Under the pieces are notes generated by a model. It had not been told where the DNA came from and searched no databases. It worked only from the letters and a program-made list of their open reading frames with translations. The position numbers and the translations under genes are program-made. From Rebecca billardiae RCC1528 (lineage: Eukaryota; Protista; Haptophyta): a stretch of 64,000 nt of DNA. Positions 1 to 11,613 of this stretch are shown piece after piece (within the stretch, counting starts at the first letter, position 1; each line of letters begins with the position of its first letter). The DNA is taken from contig OZ251250.1 in NCBI GenBank assembly GCA_965240325.2, forward strand, positions 496,001-560,000, in the 5' to 3' direction.

Positions 1-354
1 TCTCTCCTCTTCGGGTTCCATCTCACTCGCACTGCCCCACCTGCCCAGCCCCCGCTGGCCGGCCCTCGTGCGTGCGCGACTCACACGTGCCTTGCCCCTT
101 TCCTTCCCATCACTCAATGGGATTTCTCCTCCACGCGGTGCTCCCCAACACACCATGAAACGGGATCACTCACGCACCGCGTCTCGTCGACGGCGAGCGG
201 CATGCCCACCGCATCTGCTGCCGCTCGCCAAGGCATGAGGACACGTAAATCCCACTGAGTAGGAACACACGCAGCCGCCTCGGCATCGACATGCCAGGCG
301 GCGTGCCCACCTTCGGCCAGCAGTTGGCGTCGGCGTTCACGAGGACGGCTAGAC

Positions 355-1082
355 GTGGGGTTATTGGTACAATAACTGATTGTCTAAGAGGACGACAAGA
401 ACGCCGGGCGCCAGCGCCGCTCATCAGCCACATCGCCCTCTACCAGACCATCGCCTCAAAGCGCTGCTCCCGGACAAACAGTCTGTCCGGGTTTGTCGCC
501 GCGGAGATCTGCTGTTTCCGGCGCCCCCTGGCTGCTTCGCCAGGCGCGGGCGCGCGAGATGGCTGCAGCCGGGCTCGTGGCCCTGCGTCGCCGGCGGCGG
601 CGGCTCGCACGCGGGTGGCGCGTCGCGTGCACCGACCAACATCTTTCGGCAACCCGCCCACCCAGGGCCCGTTGGTCTGGTGCTCGGGCGGCGGGACCAC
701 AACACCCGCCGTCCGACCGCCCGGTCCTGCGGCGCTGCACTTAGGGCTCATGTGACCCCCTGCCTCCCAACACGATTGGGTTTTTCAGGTTAAGATGTTG
801 GTCGGTGCACGCGACGCGCCACCCGCGTGCGAGCCGCCGCCGCCGGCGACGCAGGGCCACGAGCCCGGCTGCAGCCATCTCGCGCGCCCGCGCCTGGCGA
901 AGCAGCCAGGGGGCGCCGGAAACAGCAGATCTCCGCGGCGACAAATCCGGACAGACTGTTTGTCCGGGAGCAGCGCTTTGAGGCGATGGTCTGGTAGAGG
1001 GCGATGTGGCTGATGAGCGGCGCTGGCGCCCGGCGTTCTTGTCGTCCTCTTAGACAATCAGTTATTGTACCAATAACCCCAC
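355..1082. repeat. Long inverted repeat (fold-back): 291-bp arms 355-645 and 792-1082, 146-bp spacer; right arm abuts a (TA)n tract
   Basis: 355-645 (gtggggttattggtacaataac...accgaccaacatctt) is the reverse complement of 792-1082; I found one mismatch. The ORF track shows mirror-image ORFs (380+/785-, 493+/741-). Confidence 0.92.
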
Positions 1083-1176
1083 ATATAGCTATATATATAT
1101 ATATATATATATACTACGGTTCGTCGAGTCTGAAACGCACGACGCTCCAGACGCCCAAGGTGCGCATCTCGCGGCC

Positions 1177-1528
1177 GCGCGCGCGTTGGCGGGCGCGGCG
1201 CGTGGTCGGACACTCACACGGCATCACGGCCACGGGCACGGGCGCGGGAATATAAGGGGCGTGAACGCGGACCGCAGCAGCAGTGACATCCGCGGAGCCA
1301 CCGGCAAGCGCGCCGGACAGCGCGCGGGTGCACCCGACCAAATGCCCGACCTCCAGCTGGCGCACAAAATCGCACACGCATCCGCAGCCTTATCCGGGGG
1401 CGCGCGCGTTGGCGGGCGCGGCGTGGTCGGACACGGGCGCGGAAAGGGGAACGCGCACCGCAGTGACATCCGCAAAGCCGTCGGCAAGCGCGCCGGACAG
1501 CGAGCGGGTGCACCCGACCAAATGCCCG
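1177..1528 (+). repeat. Imperfect direct repeat pair (~1177-1348 and ~1400-1528)
   Basis: Both copies share gcgcgcgttggcgggcgcggcg..tggtcggacac, tgacatccgc and cggcaagcgcgccggacagcg.gcgggtgcacccgaccaaatgccc. Confidence 0.8.
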
Positions 1529-2373
1529 CCCCACACCTGTCGCACACTGGCGTGGTACGGCTCACGTCGTTGACGGATGCCCTAAGACTGCCTCGGCACC
1601 TTGTGTAGTCTGTAGATCTGTGTTCAAATGCTCACCAAGCTGGCTCGCAGAGCTTGTGGCAGTGCCTAGCGTGCAAGAAGCTGCTACCAGTGGTGCCATA
1701 GCACTCAAGACCCGGCCGTGACGCATGGGGCTAGTCGGGTAGGCTGATCTGTGCTATCGGTGACCAGAAAAGCAGTTCGATCAGTGATCTGTGACTCTGG
1801 AAGTGTCGTGCGGCACACACCGTTTGAAACGCGAGCCGCGGCGCGTGCCAAACGTGACCACTTTCAGGCGGCGTGCGGGGTTGGACGTCCAGCGCGCGTG
1901 TACGTATACATTGTGCACACATATCCCCACCTCCCCGAGCCATCTCCTCGCGCCCAGGCTGCCCATATGTCGAGTCGGCTGGCAGGAAGTGACCGCTCGC
2001 ACAAGGTCAAGCCCGCAAGTGGTTGCGCGCGCCAACCGCAAGGGCGACGAGCGACGAGAGACATCAGGGAGCTGGTTTGTCGACGTTCCCCTGCGTCTTG
2101 GGGCCCGCCCCGCCCAGCGTGCCGCCACGGAACGCCCCGCAATCGACCGCTAGGACGCTCGGCGAGCACGCACCCACCGCCGCCACGGCAGCCCCGAGCC
2201 AGGCGTACGTTTAGGGGACAACCGGACCTGGCCGTAAAATAGGTGATCGTCCGGTCGGCCGCTGGCGCACGCCCTGGTAGGCCAGGCGCGTGTGTCATTG
2301 GCGGGCGCACCCTTCGGGCGGGCGCGAGTCGCGACCCAGGTTCGTGGTCGCCTTGCCGGCCAAGCTAGCCGGC

Positions 2374-3885
2374 ATGGTCGACCTGAAAAGCCGCAAGTGT
2401 GATCACACGGGCTGCACCACGCAGCCTCACTTCGGTCTGGCAGGCGACGCGCGCGCCAGCCGGTGCGCTGCGCACAAGCTGGCTGGCATGGTCAACGTTA
2501 CGAACCGCAAGTGCGATCACACGGGCTGCACCACGCAGCCTTCATTCGGCATGCCGGGTGACGCGCGCGCGAGCCGGTGCGCTGCGCACAAGCTGGCCGG
2601 CATGGTCGACCTGAAGAGCCCCAAGTGCGATCACACGGGCTGCATCACGCAGCCTTACTTCGGCATGCCGGGTGACGCGCGTGCCAGCCGGTGCGCTGCG
2701 CACAAGCTGGCCGGCATGGTCGACCTGAAGAACCCCAAGTGCGATCACACGGGCTGCACCACGCGGCCTCACTTCGGCATGCCGGGCGACATGCGTGCCA
2801 GCCGGTGCGCTGCGCACAAGCTGGCTGGCATGGTCAACGTTACGAACCGCAAGTGCGATCACACGGGCTGCACCAAGGAGCCTTCATTCGGCATGCCGGG
2901 TGACGCGCGCGCGAGCCGGTGCGCTGCGCACAAGCTGGCCGGCATGGTCGACCTGAAGAGCCCCAAGTGCGATCACACGGGCTGCACCACGCAGCCTTAC
3001 TTCGGCATGCCGGGTGACGCGCGTGCCAGCCGGTGCGCTGCGCACAAGCTGGCCGGCATGGTCGACCTGAAGCACCCCAAGTGCGATCACACGGGCTGCA
3101 CCGCGGGGCCTTCATTCGGCATGCCGGGTGACGCGTGGGCCAGCCGGTGCGCTGCGCACAAGCTGGCCGGCATGGTCGACCTGAAGAACCCCAAGTGCGA
3201 TCACACGGGCTGCACCACGCGGCCTTCATTCGGCATGCCGGGCGACGCGCGCGCCAGCCGGTGCGCTGCGCACAAGCTGGCCGGCATGGTCGACCTGAAG
3301 CACCCCAAGTGCGATCACACGGGCTGCACCACGCAGCCTTACTACGGCATGCCGGGTGACGCGCGTGCCAGCCGGTGCGCTGCGCACAAGCTGGCCGGCA
3401 TGGTCGACCTGAAGAGCCGCAAGTGCGATCACACGGGCTGCACCACGCAGCCTTACTTCGGCATGCCGGGTGACGCGCGTGCCAGCCGGTGCGCTGCGCA
3501 CAAGCTGGCCGGCATGCTCGACCTGAAGCACCCCAAGTGTGATCACACGGGCTGCACCACGCAGCCTGCGTTCGGCATGCCGGGTGACGCGCGCGCCAGC
3601 CGTTGCGCTGCGCACAAGCTGGCCGGCATGAAGAGCCATCGGAGTTCAGGTCGGCACAAGCGCGGGCTGCAGCAGGACATGAAGAGCCCCAACGAAGTGA
3701 CGAGCGCCGCCAAGCGACAGCGGAAGCGCGCCAGCAGCACAGCCACTGCTCCGGACGTTGTGGCAGCGCGGCGGCCGCGATCATCGCAGCTGCCGCAGCT
3801 GGTCACAGCCAGCGTCGTCTCGACGCCGTCGTGTGAACGACCCGTGGTGATGGCCAGGCGTGTGACCGGGGGGAGCCGGGCCTGA
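2374..3885 (+). CDS. EsV-1-7-like Cys/His repeat protein, copy 1 (11 repeats of C-x4-C-x16-C-x2-H, basic NLS-like C-terminal tail)
   Basis: ORF 2290-3885; first in-frame ATG at 2374 (start uncertain, an upstream exon is possible). Unit CDHTGCTTQPxFGMPGDARASRCAAHKLAGMVDLKxxK resembles the EsV-1-7 cysteine-rich motif. Tail contains KRQRKR. Confidence 0.8.
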   Translation: MVDLKSRKCDHTGCTTQPHFGLAGDARASRCAAHKLAGMVNVTNRKCDHTGCTTQPSFGMPGDARASRCAAHKLAGMVDLKSPKCDHTGCITQPYFGMPGDARASRCAAHKLAGMVDLKNPKCDHTGCTTRPHFGMPGDMRASRCAAHKLAGMVNVTNRKCDHTGCTKEPSFGMPGDARASRCAAHKLAGMVDLKSPKCDHTGCTTQPYFGMPGDARASRCAAHKLAGMVDLKHPKCDHTGCTAGPSFGMPGDAWASRCAAHKLAGMVDLKNPKCDHTGCTTRPSFGMPGDARASRCAAHKLAGMVDLKHPKCDHTGCTTQPYYGMPGDARASRCAAHKLAGMVDLKSRKCDHTGCTTQPYFGMPGDARASRCAAHKLAGMLDLKHPKCDHTGCTTQPAFGMPGDARASRCAAHKLAGMKSHRSSGRHKRGLQQDMKSPNEVTSAAKRQRKRASSTATAPDVVAARRPRSSQLPQLVTASVVSTPSCERPVVMARRVTGGSRA

Positions 3886-4012
3886 GCAGCAGCATCACAG
3901 CTGCGTCGTCGTCAGGACGGCACGGGCACCCGGCACCGTAAGGCAATCTCGCCCGCCCGCTGAGCTGTGAGTGCCGGTCCGTCTTCAGTCTGCCGTTAGG
4001 CGTAGTTAGTCA

Positions 4013-4376
<364 letters not shown>

Positions 4377-4574
4377 TGCATGCAGCGATCGGGAGGGATC
4401 GTACGCGCGGCGCTTTCTCATCGATCGCGCCGATGAGCACGAGGGGCAGGTACTACGGCTCTGTTTACTGTTGACGTTGGCGGATGCTCAACGACTTAGA
4501 AGGGGACTCAGCAGCGCTGGCTCGCGCAATCGGCGAGCAGGCTGGCGGCGCTTCCGGCGGGGCAAGGTGCTACG

Positions 4575-7010
4575 ATGTCCGCACTGAACGGCATCATCGT
4601 GACGCACGGCCCGAACGCGGAGCACCGCATCAACACGCTCGAGGAGTACAACTCGACGTGGGACACTTACAATCCGATGGCGGCGAAGATGATCAAGGTC
4701 AGTGACGAGCGGATGGACCTGGCGCGTGAGAACTACGCGCTGCAGCAGCGGCTGCTCGACCATCGCCACGAGCACGAGCGCCGCGAGCACGCCGAGCGCC
4801 GGGCCGCGGCGGAACGCGCGGCGGCGGCGGCGGGGGCGAGGCAGGCGCCAAGCTACGCGCAGGCTGCCTCGGCGGGCGCGGGGAGTGGTTTAGCCACTCC
4901 GGGTGGCCCGACGGCGACCGGACCGGGTTCAGGTCCGGCGGCGGGCGGCGGATCCGGAATTTCTCCGGGTCCGGCGGCCGGCACACCCGGTCCGGGTGTG
5001 GGCACAGGCGGCGCGGCAGGTGCGCCGGCTGGGACTGACGGCGCGACGCCTGTGGGCGGCGCCGGCGTCGGCGCGGCGCCTACGGGCGGCGCCGGCGGGA
5101 TCGGTGGCGCGGCGCCCGCGGGCGGCGCTGCCGTGACGCTCGATCCGCGCGCGCGCGAGCTCTACCGCCGCGAGCGCGAGACCGAGGAACAGATGTATGA
5201 GCGGCAGGCGAGCGAGCACGCCATGCTGGACATAAAGCTCCGACAGAGCGTGTTGGAGGCAGCGCCGGACGGCGACGAGGCGGACCCCGCCAAGTACGCC
5301 GGGGCGCAGTACGAGAAAGGGACGGCTTTCTTACGCACAGAGCTGCGGTCGTGGGTGACGGAGGCTGCGTGGCAGCACATCAACCGCCTCATGGAGACGC
5401 AGCCGGAGGTGCAGGAGGAGCGCGCGCGCCGGGGCGCACTTACGCCGGGGCGCGAGTTTCTGTACCTGTGGAAGACGATCCTGCGCATGCGCAAGCCCGA
5501 CGACATGCGGAAGTACATGTCGGTGCGGGCACGCTGGCATCGGACGGTCCTGCCGGACTGCGGCAAGGACGGCGTCGGCGCCCTCGAGCTCTTCCAGGTG
5601 CTACAGCACAACCACGTGCTGCTGCAGGAGCTGAGTGACGCAGCGCCAGCGGCGGAGATGCTTGCGCGGCTCATCGAGTTCATTCCGTCGGTGGGCGCGG
5701 GCATCGAGATGCGGACGCGGTACGAGTCGAAGGACTACAGGACCGTGACGAACTTCGACGTGCAGGAGCTCGTGCACGAGCTCAACGGCAAGTTCGAGGA
5801 CTGGGACTTCTCCAAGGGCAAGCGGGTTGACCGCGGCGGCCCTGGGCGCCCAGGGGCGGGTGGCCGCACGCCAGGAGGCGGCGGCGCTACCCGCGCGCAC
5901 CCAATCGACGGGCTCCGCCTGGCGCAGGCGGCGGCGGCGTCGGCGGGTGGCGGCGGCGGCGACACGACGTCGCCGGCTGGCCGTGGTGGCGGCGGCGGAG
6001 GTCGTGGCGGCGGCGGCGGCGGCACTGGCCGCGGCGCCGGCCGCGGAGGCCAGGACGACTCCGACGACGTGCACGGGCCGCGCTGCTACAAGTGCGGCGC
6101 CGTGGGGCATATCAAGCGTTACTGCCCGCAGGTGACGCAGGCTGATCGCGACTCGAACGCTGGCGATGACGCGGCGTCGACGCGGTCGGATCGCAGCCGT
6201 GGCTCACATCGGAGCGGCGGCGGCGGTGGCGGCGGCGGTGGCGGGGGCAGCACCCGCGCCGTGGTCGGTAATGGCAACGGCGGCGGCACGGTCCGCACGC
6301 AGGTCGCGTTCGCTCCCGAGCAGGGTGACGAGCCCGACGGCGCCGTTGGTGGCGACGGTGACGCTGACGCCGGATACGGCGGCGGCGCCGGCGCCGGACT
6401 CGGCTTGGCGCCTATTGGCGCGGCTATCGGCGGCAGGGCGCAGCGCGACGAGGACATCGAGATCGTCGCGGCGCGGGCGGCCGAGGCACGTGTGGCGCCG
6501 CCGGAGGACAACACGCGGGCGTTGGTGTTTGACACTGGCGCACGGAAGAACATCGCCATGGCCGAGGATTTGACGAATCTCACCCCGGTGGACGGCGCAT
6601 CATGTCAGATCGAGTGGGGGAACGGTGCGCGGGAGCGGGTCACTCACAGCGGGACCCTGGTGGTCAAGCTTGCGGCGGACGACGACAGCGACAAGGTCCT
6701 CACGCTCGAGATCGAGGCGTGGGCGTCGCGGCGCGTCACGGCGCCGCTGCTGTCGGTCGAGCACTGCGCGGACGCAGGCATCGAGTTCCACTACTCGCAG
6801 CGCGGCAACACTGCGGACTTTACGGCGCTGGGAGGCGGCGTCGTGCAGCTGCCGCGCGATTCCACGCTGCGCGCCGAGATCGTACGGCGCCAGGTGGGGC
6901 CGGACGTCGGCGATGCGCCGGCGGAGCCGCGCGCACGGCGCAGGGCGCCGGTGCGGCGTGTGGGCGCGGGGCGGGGGCGCATTGGCGCTGCGCCGCCCCC
7001 AAACGCCTAA
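4575..7010 (+). CDS. gag: Copia Gag with zinc knuckle and aspartic protease
   Basis: 811-aa ORF with CYKCGAVGHIKRYC (CCHC knuckle) and LVFDTGA protease motif. Confidence 0.9.
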   Translation: MSALNGIIVTHGPNAEHRINTLEEYNSTWDTYNPMAAKMIKVSDERMDLARENYALQQRLLDHRHEHERREHAERRAAAERAAAAAGARQAPSYAQAASAGAGSGLATPGGPTATGPGSGPAAGGGSGISPGPAAGTPGPGVGTGGAAGAPAGTDGATPVGGAGVGAAPTGGAGGIGGAAPAGGAAVTLDPRARELYRRERETEEQMYERQASEHAMLDIKLRQSVLEAAPDGDEADPAKYAGAQYEKGTAFLRTELRSWVTEAAWQHINRLMETQPEVQEERARRGALTPGREFLYLWKTILRMRKPDDMRKYMSVRARWHRTVLPDCGKDGVGALELFQVLQHNHVLLQELSDAAPAAEMLARLIEFIPSVGAGIEMRTRYESKDYRTVTNFDVQELVHELNGKFEDWDFSKGKRVDRGGPGRPGAGGRTPGGGGATRAHPIDGLRLAQAAAASAGGGGGDTTSPAGRGGGGGGRGGGGGGTGRGAGRGGQDDSDDVHGPRCYKCGAVGHIKRYCPQVTQADRDSNAGDDAASTRSDRSRGSHRSGGGGGGGGGGGSTRAVVGNGNGGGTVRTQVAFAPEQGDEPDGAVGGDGDADAGYGGGAGAGLGLAPIGAAIGGRAQRDEDIEIVAARAAEARVAPPEDNTRALVFDTGARKNIAMAEDLTNLTPVDGASCQIEWGNGARERVTHSGTLVVKLAADDDSDKVLTLEIEAWASRRVTAPLLSVEHCADAGIEFHYSQRGNTADFTALGGGVVQLPRDSTLRAEIVRRQVGPDVGDAPAEPRARRRAPVRRVGAGRGRIGAAPPPNA

Positions 7011-7027
7011 GCCCGGAACCCGCGCAG

Positions 7028-8980
7028 GTGCGAACCACAAACACAACCACTACGGTATCTGATACCACTACTACTACAGAGGCGGCGCGAGGCGCTGATC
7101 CGGCGTGGTTACGCACTTGGTCGGTTCGAACGGGCACCAATGACCAACGTCTACTCGAGCGCACGCGACGCGTGGCCGAGGGGATGGAGGGGGCGAACGC
7201 GCGGCGTGAGCCGCTCGACGAGCAGTCGGCGGCGGGCATGACGCGGCGGTCGTTCGCGGACGCGATGCCGACGGCGCACTACCCTGGGCAGGTGACGCAC
7301 GTCGACATCTTCTCTATGGCGCGCATCGACTTACCAGTTGGGGCCGATGGCGCACGTGGAGGGTATCCTCATGGGATCATATTCGTCGATGGGCATTCAC
7401 GTCGATGGCAAGTGTACGCGCTACGCAGCTTGGATGACGCCGAGGTTGGTCGGGCATTCCGCTGGTACGCGCAGTTGCTTGGAACAGGGGCCATGCACAT
7501 GTCGCATTGGGTCCTGGCGTCGGGGTGTACTATGGCGCGACGCCATATTCACACCGACGGTGGCTCGACGTTGCTGAGTACGTACGTCGAGGGTGAGCTG
7601 GCGAAGCTTGGGTTCTCGTCGACGGTCACGTCGGCGCCCGACTCGCCGAGCTCGAATGGCGTGGCGGAACGCGCTATCCGCACGCTGAAGTCGAGACTGC
7701 GCGCCACGGTCGTTGCGCGTGGAGTCTCGCGGGTCGATTGGCACTACGCGGCGTGGCACGCATGCGCGTCGCGCAATCGACTGGCGTCACGTGGTATCAT
7801 TCGTGACGATGGAGACATTGAGTGGCTCACGCCGGATGAGCTGTTCTTTGGCAAACGTCCGACGTGGAAGCATCACGTGGCGTTTGGCGCGCGCTGCCGC
7901 GTGCTGATGCTGGGCGCACGGCGCAATGCATTGGGGCAGCTGAAGCAGCGCGCACTACCCGGACGTGTCTATCTCTGGGGTGGGCACGGCGTGCAGTGGC
8001 GCGGTACATGGCGCTACGTGCTTGGGTACGTATGTCGTTTAGACGACGGACGTCTCGTTCACTCACGTGACGTACGCATCGACGAGACCGACCTGGTCGA
8101 GGGGGGGCACTCGTCGCTGGGCGCACCTGACGGTGGCGCGTACGTGGGTGATGGTGACGGCGCCGCAGTAAGCGGCGGACATCGTCCAGTCGGCGGTGAT
8201 GCCGACGGTGAGGACGAGGACGGCGACGACGGCGAGACGCCAGCCGACGCCGGGAATGACGACGCGACAGAGTTCGACGTCGGGTACGACGACGACGCAG
8301 ATGCGTCAACGTCGGGGCGCGGGCGCAGCAGCGTAGACGCGGGACAACGCGGGTGCAGCAGCGCGGGCGCACAGCCGTCGACGCCGACGCCGCAGGGCGG
8401 GCGTGGCGGGGCAGGCGCGTCGATGACGCAGCCGGGTCGGCAGGATCAGATACCGCCGACGGAATCACGGCGCGGGGCCGCAGCAGATGCTGGCGGGCCG
8501 CCGCGCGGCGCAGACGGTGACGACGGCGTGATCGAGGACGCGCCGCCGCCCGGTCTGGATATGGGACACGATCCGCTTCGCAGGGATCGGACGTCGCGCC
8601 GACGGCCGCAGCTGCTGACTGCCGTCGTCAGCGCCGCGTCGGTGTTCCAGAAGATCAACGTGAAGGTGCCGACGAACTATCGCGAGGCGATGCGGTCGGC
8701 GGAGGCGCCCCAGTGGCAGGGCGCCATGCTCGAGCACTTGGAAGGTCACAAGTTGCTCGGCACCTCGGAGGAGGTGGTGGTTCCGGAGGGCACGCGGGTG
8801 TTGCCGAGCCAGTGGGTCTTTGACGTCAAGTCGAACCCGGAGGGCGAGGTGACGCGCTTCAAGGCGCGGTCGGTGCTACTGGGGAACCTACAGCGGCCGG
8901 GGATCGACTTTCAGGAGGTCTTTGCTCCGACGATCCGGCCGGAACAAGTGCGACTACTCGTGGCGATCGCCGCTCAGCAG
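7028..8980 (+). CDS. pol: Copia Pol part 1: integrase core and RT N-terminus (-1 frame relative to gag; boundaries approximate)
   Basis: ORF 6602-9088: THVDIF, IIFVDGHSR, HIHTDGG, SNGVAERAIRTLK (DDE integrase); VPTNYREAM, WVFDVK, RFKARSV..G..QRPGIDFQEVFAP (copia RT). Confidence 0.9.
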
Positions 8981-10313
8981 GCTGGCGCGAGGGTCGACTT
9001 GGGTGCAGGCGTCGGTTGCGGCGCTGGGCATACTGTCGAAGGACGACGTCAAGGACGCGTACCTCAACTCGGAGTTGAAGCCGGATGAGCGGCCTCTCTT
9101 CTCATTCCCGCCGGGCTACGTGCCGAGCACGCAGGCGCCGCCGGGGCACAAAGTCGTGGGCCGGAGCCTGAAGGCGTATCCGGGCCTACGCCAGTCTGGG
9201 CGCGCGTGGCATCGCACGCACCGCACCCAGCTGCTCGCGCGCGGCTTCTCGGAGTGTCCGAGTGCGCCGTGCATCTACGTCAAGGAGTCGGCGCCGGGCG
9301 AGTTCATCATCGCGGGCGGCTTTGTCGACGACTTGCTGTTTCTCAACCTGACGCGCGACGCGCGCGCGGTGGAGAAGCTGGCGGCTGACCTGAAGGAACA
9401 CTACGAGATCAAGCTGAGTGAGCGGCTCGATAAGTTCCTGGGCGCCGTGTTTGAAGTTCATGACGACGGCATCCTGATGCATCTGGGGCCGTACGTCGAG
9501 AGCGTGCTTCAGCGGTTCGGTTTGAACGCGAGCACGCCGGCGCGCACGCCGGAGCCGGCGGCGCGGGCGCAGCTGAGCGACGACGACGAGGCGTTGCTGC
9601 AGCGCGCGGAGATTGAGAACTACCAGGCGATGGTGGGATGTCTCATGTTTGCGATAGTCACGGCGCGGCCGGACATCGCGCACGCGGTGAACATGCTGAC
9701 TCGACGCATGTCACGTCCGCGGGCGGTGGATCTGGTAAGTGCGAAGCGCGTGCTGCGCTACTTACGTGGATGCCCGCGATTGGGAATCTTGTTCAAGTTT
9801 GCGACAGATTCCGAGCACCCCGACCTACTTGCTTTCGCTGACTCCGATTGGGCAAGCAATCCGGTGGAGACCAAGGGCAGGTCGACGGGTGGATACATTG
9901 TGTTCTACAATGGGGCGCCGGTGTCGTGGCACAGCGGGCTGCAAGGCACAGTCTCGCTGAGCTCGACGGAGGCGGAGTACGTCGCGCTGAGCGATTGCTG
10001 CCGCGAGGTGAGCTACTTGCGGAGCATACTCGAGTCCATGCGGCAGCCGCCGCGGGGCGCGACGGAGGTGCGAGAGGACAACAAGGGGGCTATCGACCTC
10101 GTGGAGAATCCTGTGCACCACAAGCGCTCGAAGCACATCGAGATCAAGCATCATTATGTGCGCGACGCGCAGGAGGGCGGCAAGGTGAAGGTGGTCAAGG
10201 TACACACCTCACTCAACCACTCTGACATCATGACGAAGGCGACGGACGGTGCGACGTTCAAGCGGCACGTCGACGCCATCATGGTGGAGCGACACCCGAC
10301 GCGCGCGCGGTAA
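8981..10313 (+). CDS. pol: Copia Pol part 2: RT core and RNase H, separated from part 1 by a frameshift near 8980-9040
   Basis: ORF 8922-10313: DVKDAYLNSEL, YPGLRQSGRAW, FVDDLL, AFADSDWA, SSTEAEY, EDNKGAI, KHIEIKHHYVRD. Confidence 0.9.
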
Positions 10314-10348
10314 GCGGCGCAGCTCGCGGCTATGGCTGTCGAGGGGGG

Positions 10349-11200
<852 letters not shown>

Positions 11201-11353
11201 TTATAAATAAACTCTGGTCGGGCTGCTGTCATCCGATATTTGAGCTAGTCCGAACTGACTACCGTCATCTCACTACCGAGTCCCTGAGTCTCCGTGCCAC
11301 TCTGAGTCTGAATCTCACCGCGGAGGACTTCACGGACAGCATCACGGTGAGCT

Positions 11354-11529
11354 CATTATTCTATACATATATGATGATGATTTAACGACACAGGTAGGAC
11401 GACGCGGGTCTGGCCTGAGACCTGATTCGTCGGTGCCCGATCGTCGACACGAAGTCGGCGCTGGTGGCAGAGCATAGCCTGCACCGCGAAGTCGTAAAGC
11501 TTGACGGCGCGGCCGCCCGCGCGCGGCCT
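11354..11529 (-). mobile_element. Short SINE-like or heavily truncated LINE insertion, putative TGAGCT target duplication
   Basis: Interrupts a diverged copy of the gene-family spacer between two tgagct (11348-11353, 11530-11535). Carries a diverged version of the ...cctgtgtc(g/t)ttaaatcatagaat terminus. Paralogous copy at 30747-30954. Confidence 0.6.
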
Positions 11530-11613
11530 TGAGCTGCTGTGTCTGCTGAGCCCACGGCCGTGGAGCGACGGCGATATATACGGCGCCGAGGATACTGTAT
11601 CAAGGGGCTTACA

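Noticed and set aside
1005-1045. ctgatgag as a hammerhead ribozyme core (Penelope-like)
   Set aside because: No downstream GAAA or supporting stems found.
11501-11613. N-terminus of the 682-aa ORF as a real gene start
   Set aside because: It runs across the junction from spacer/short-element sequence into the truncated LINE and has no ATG there.
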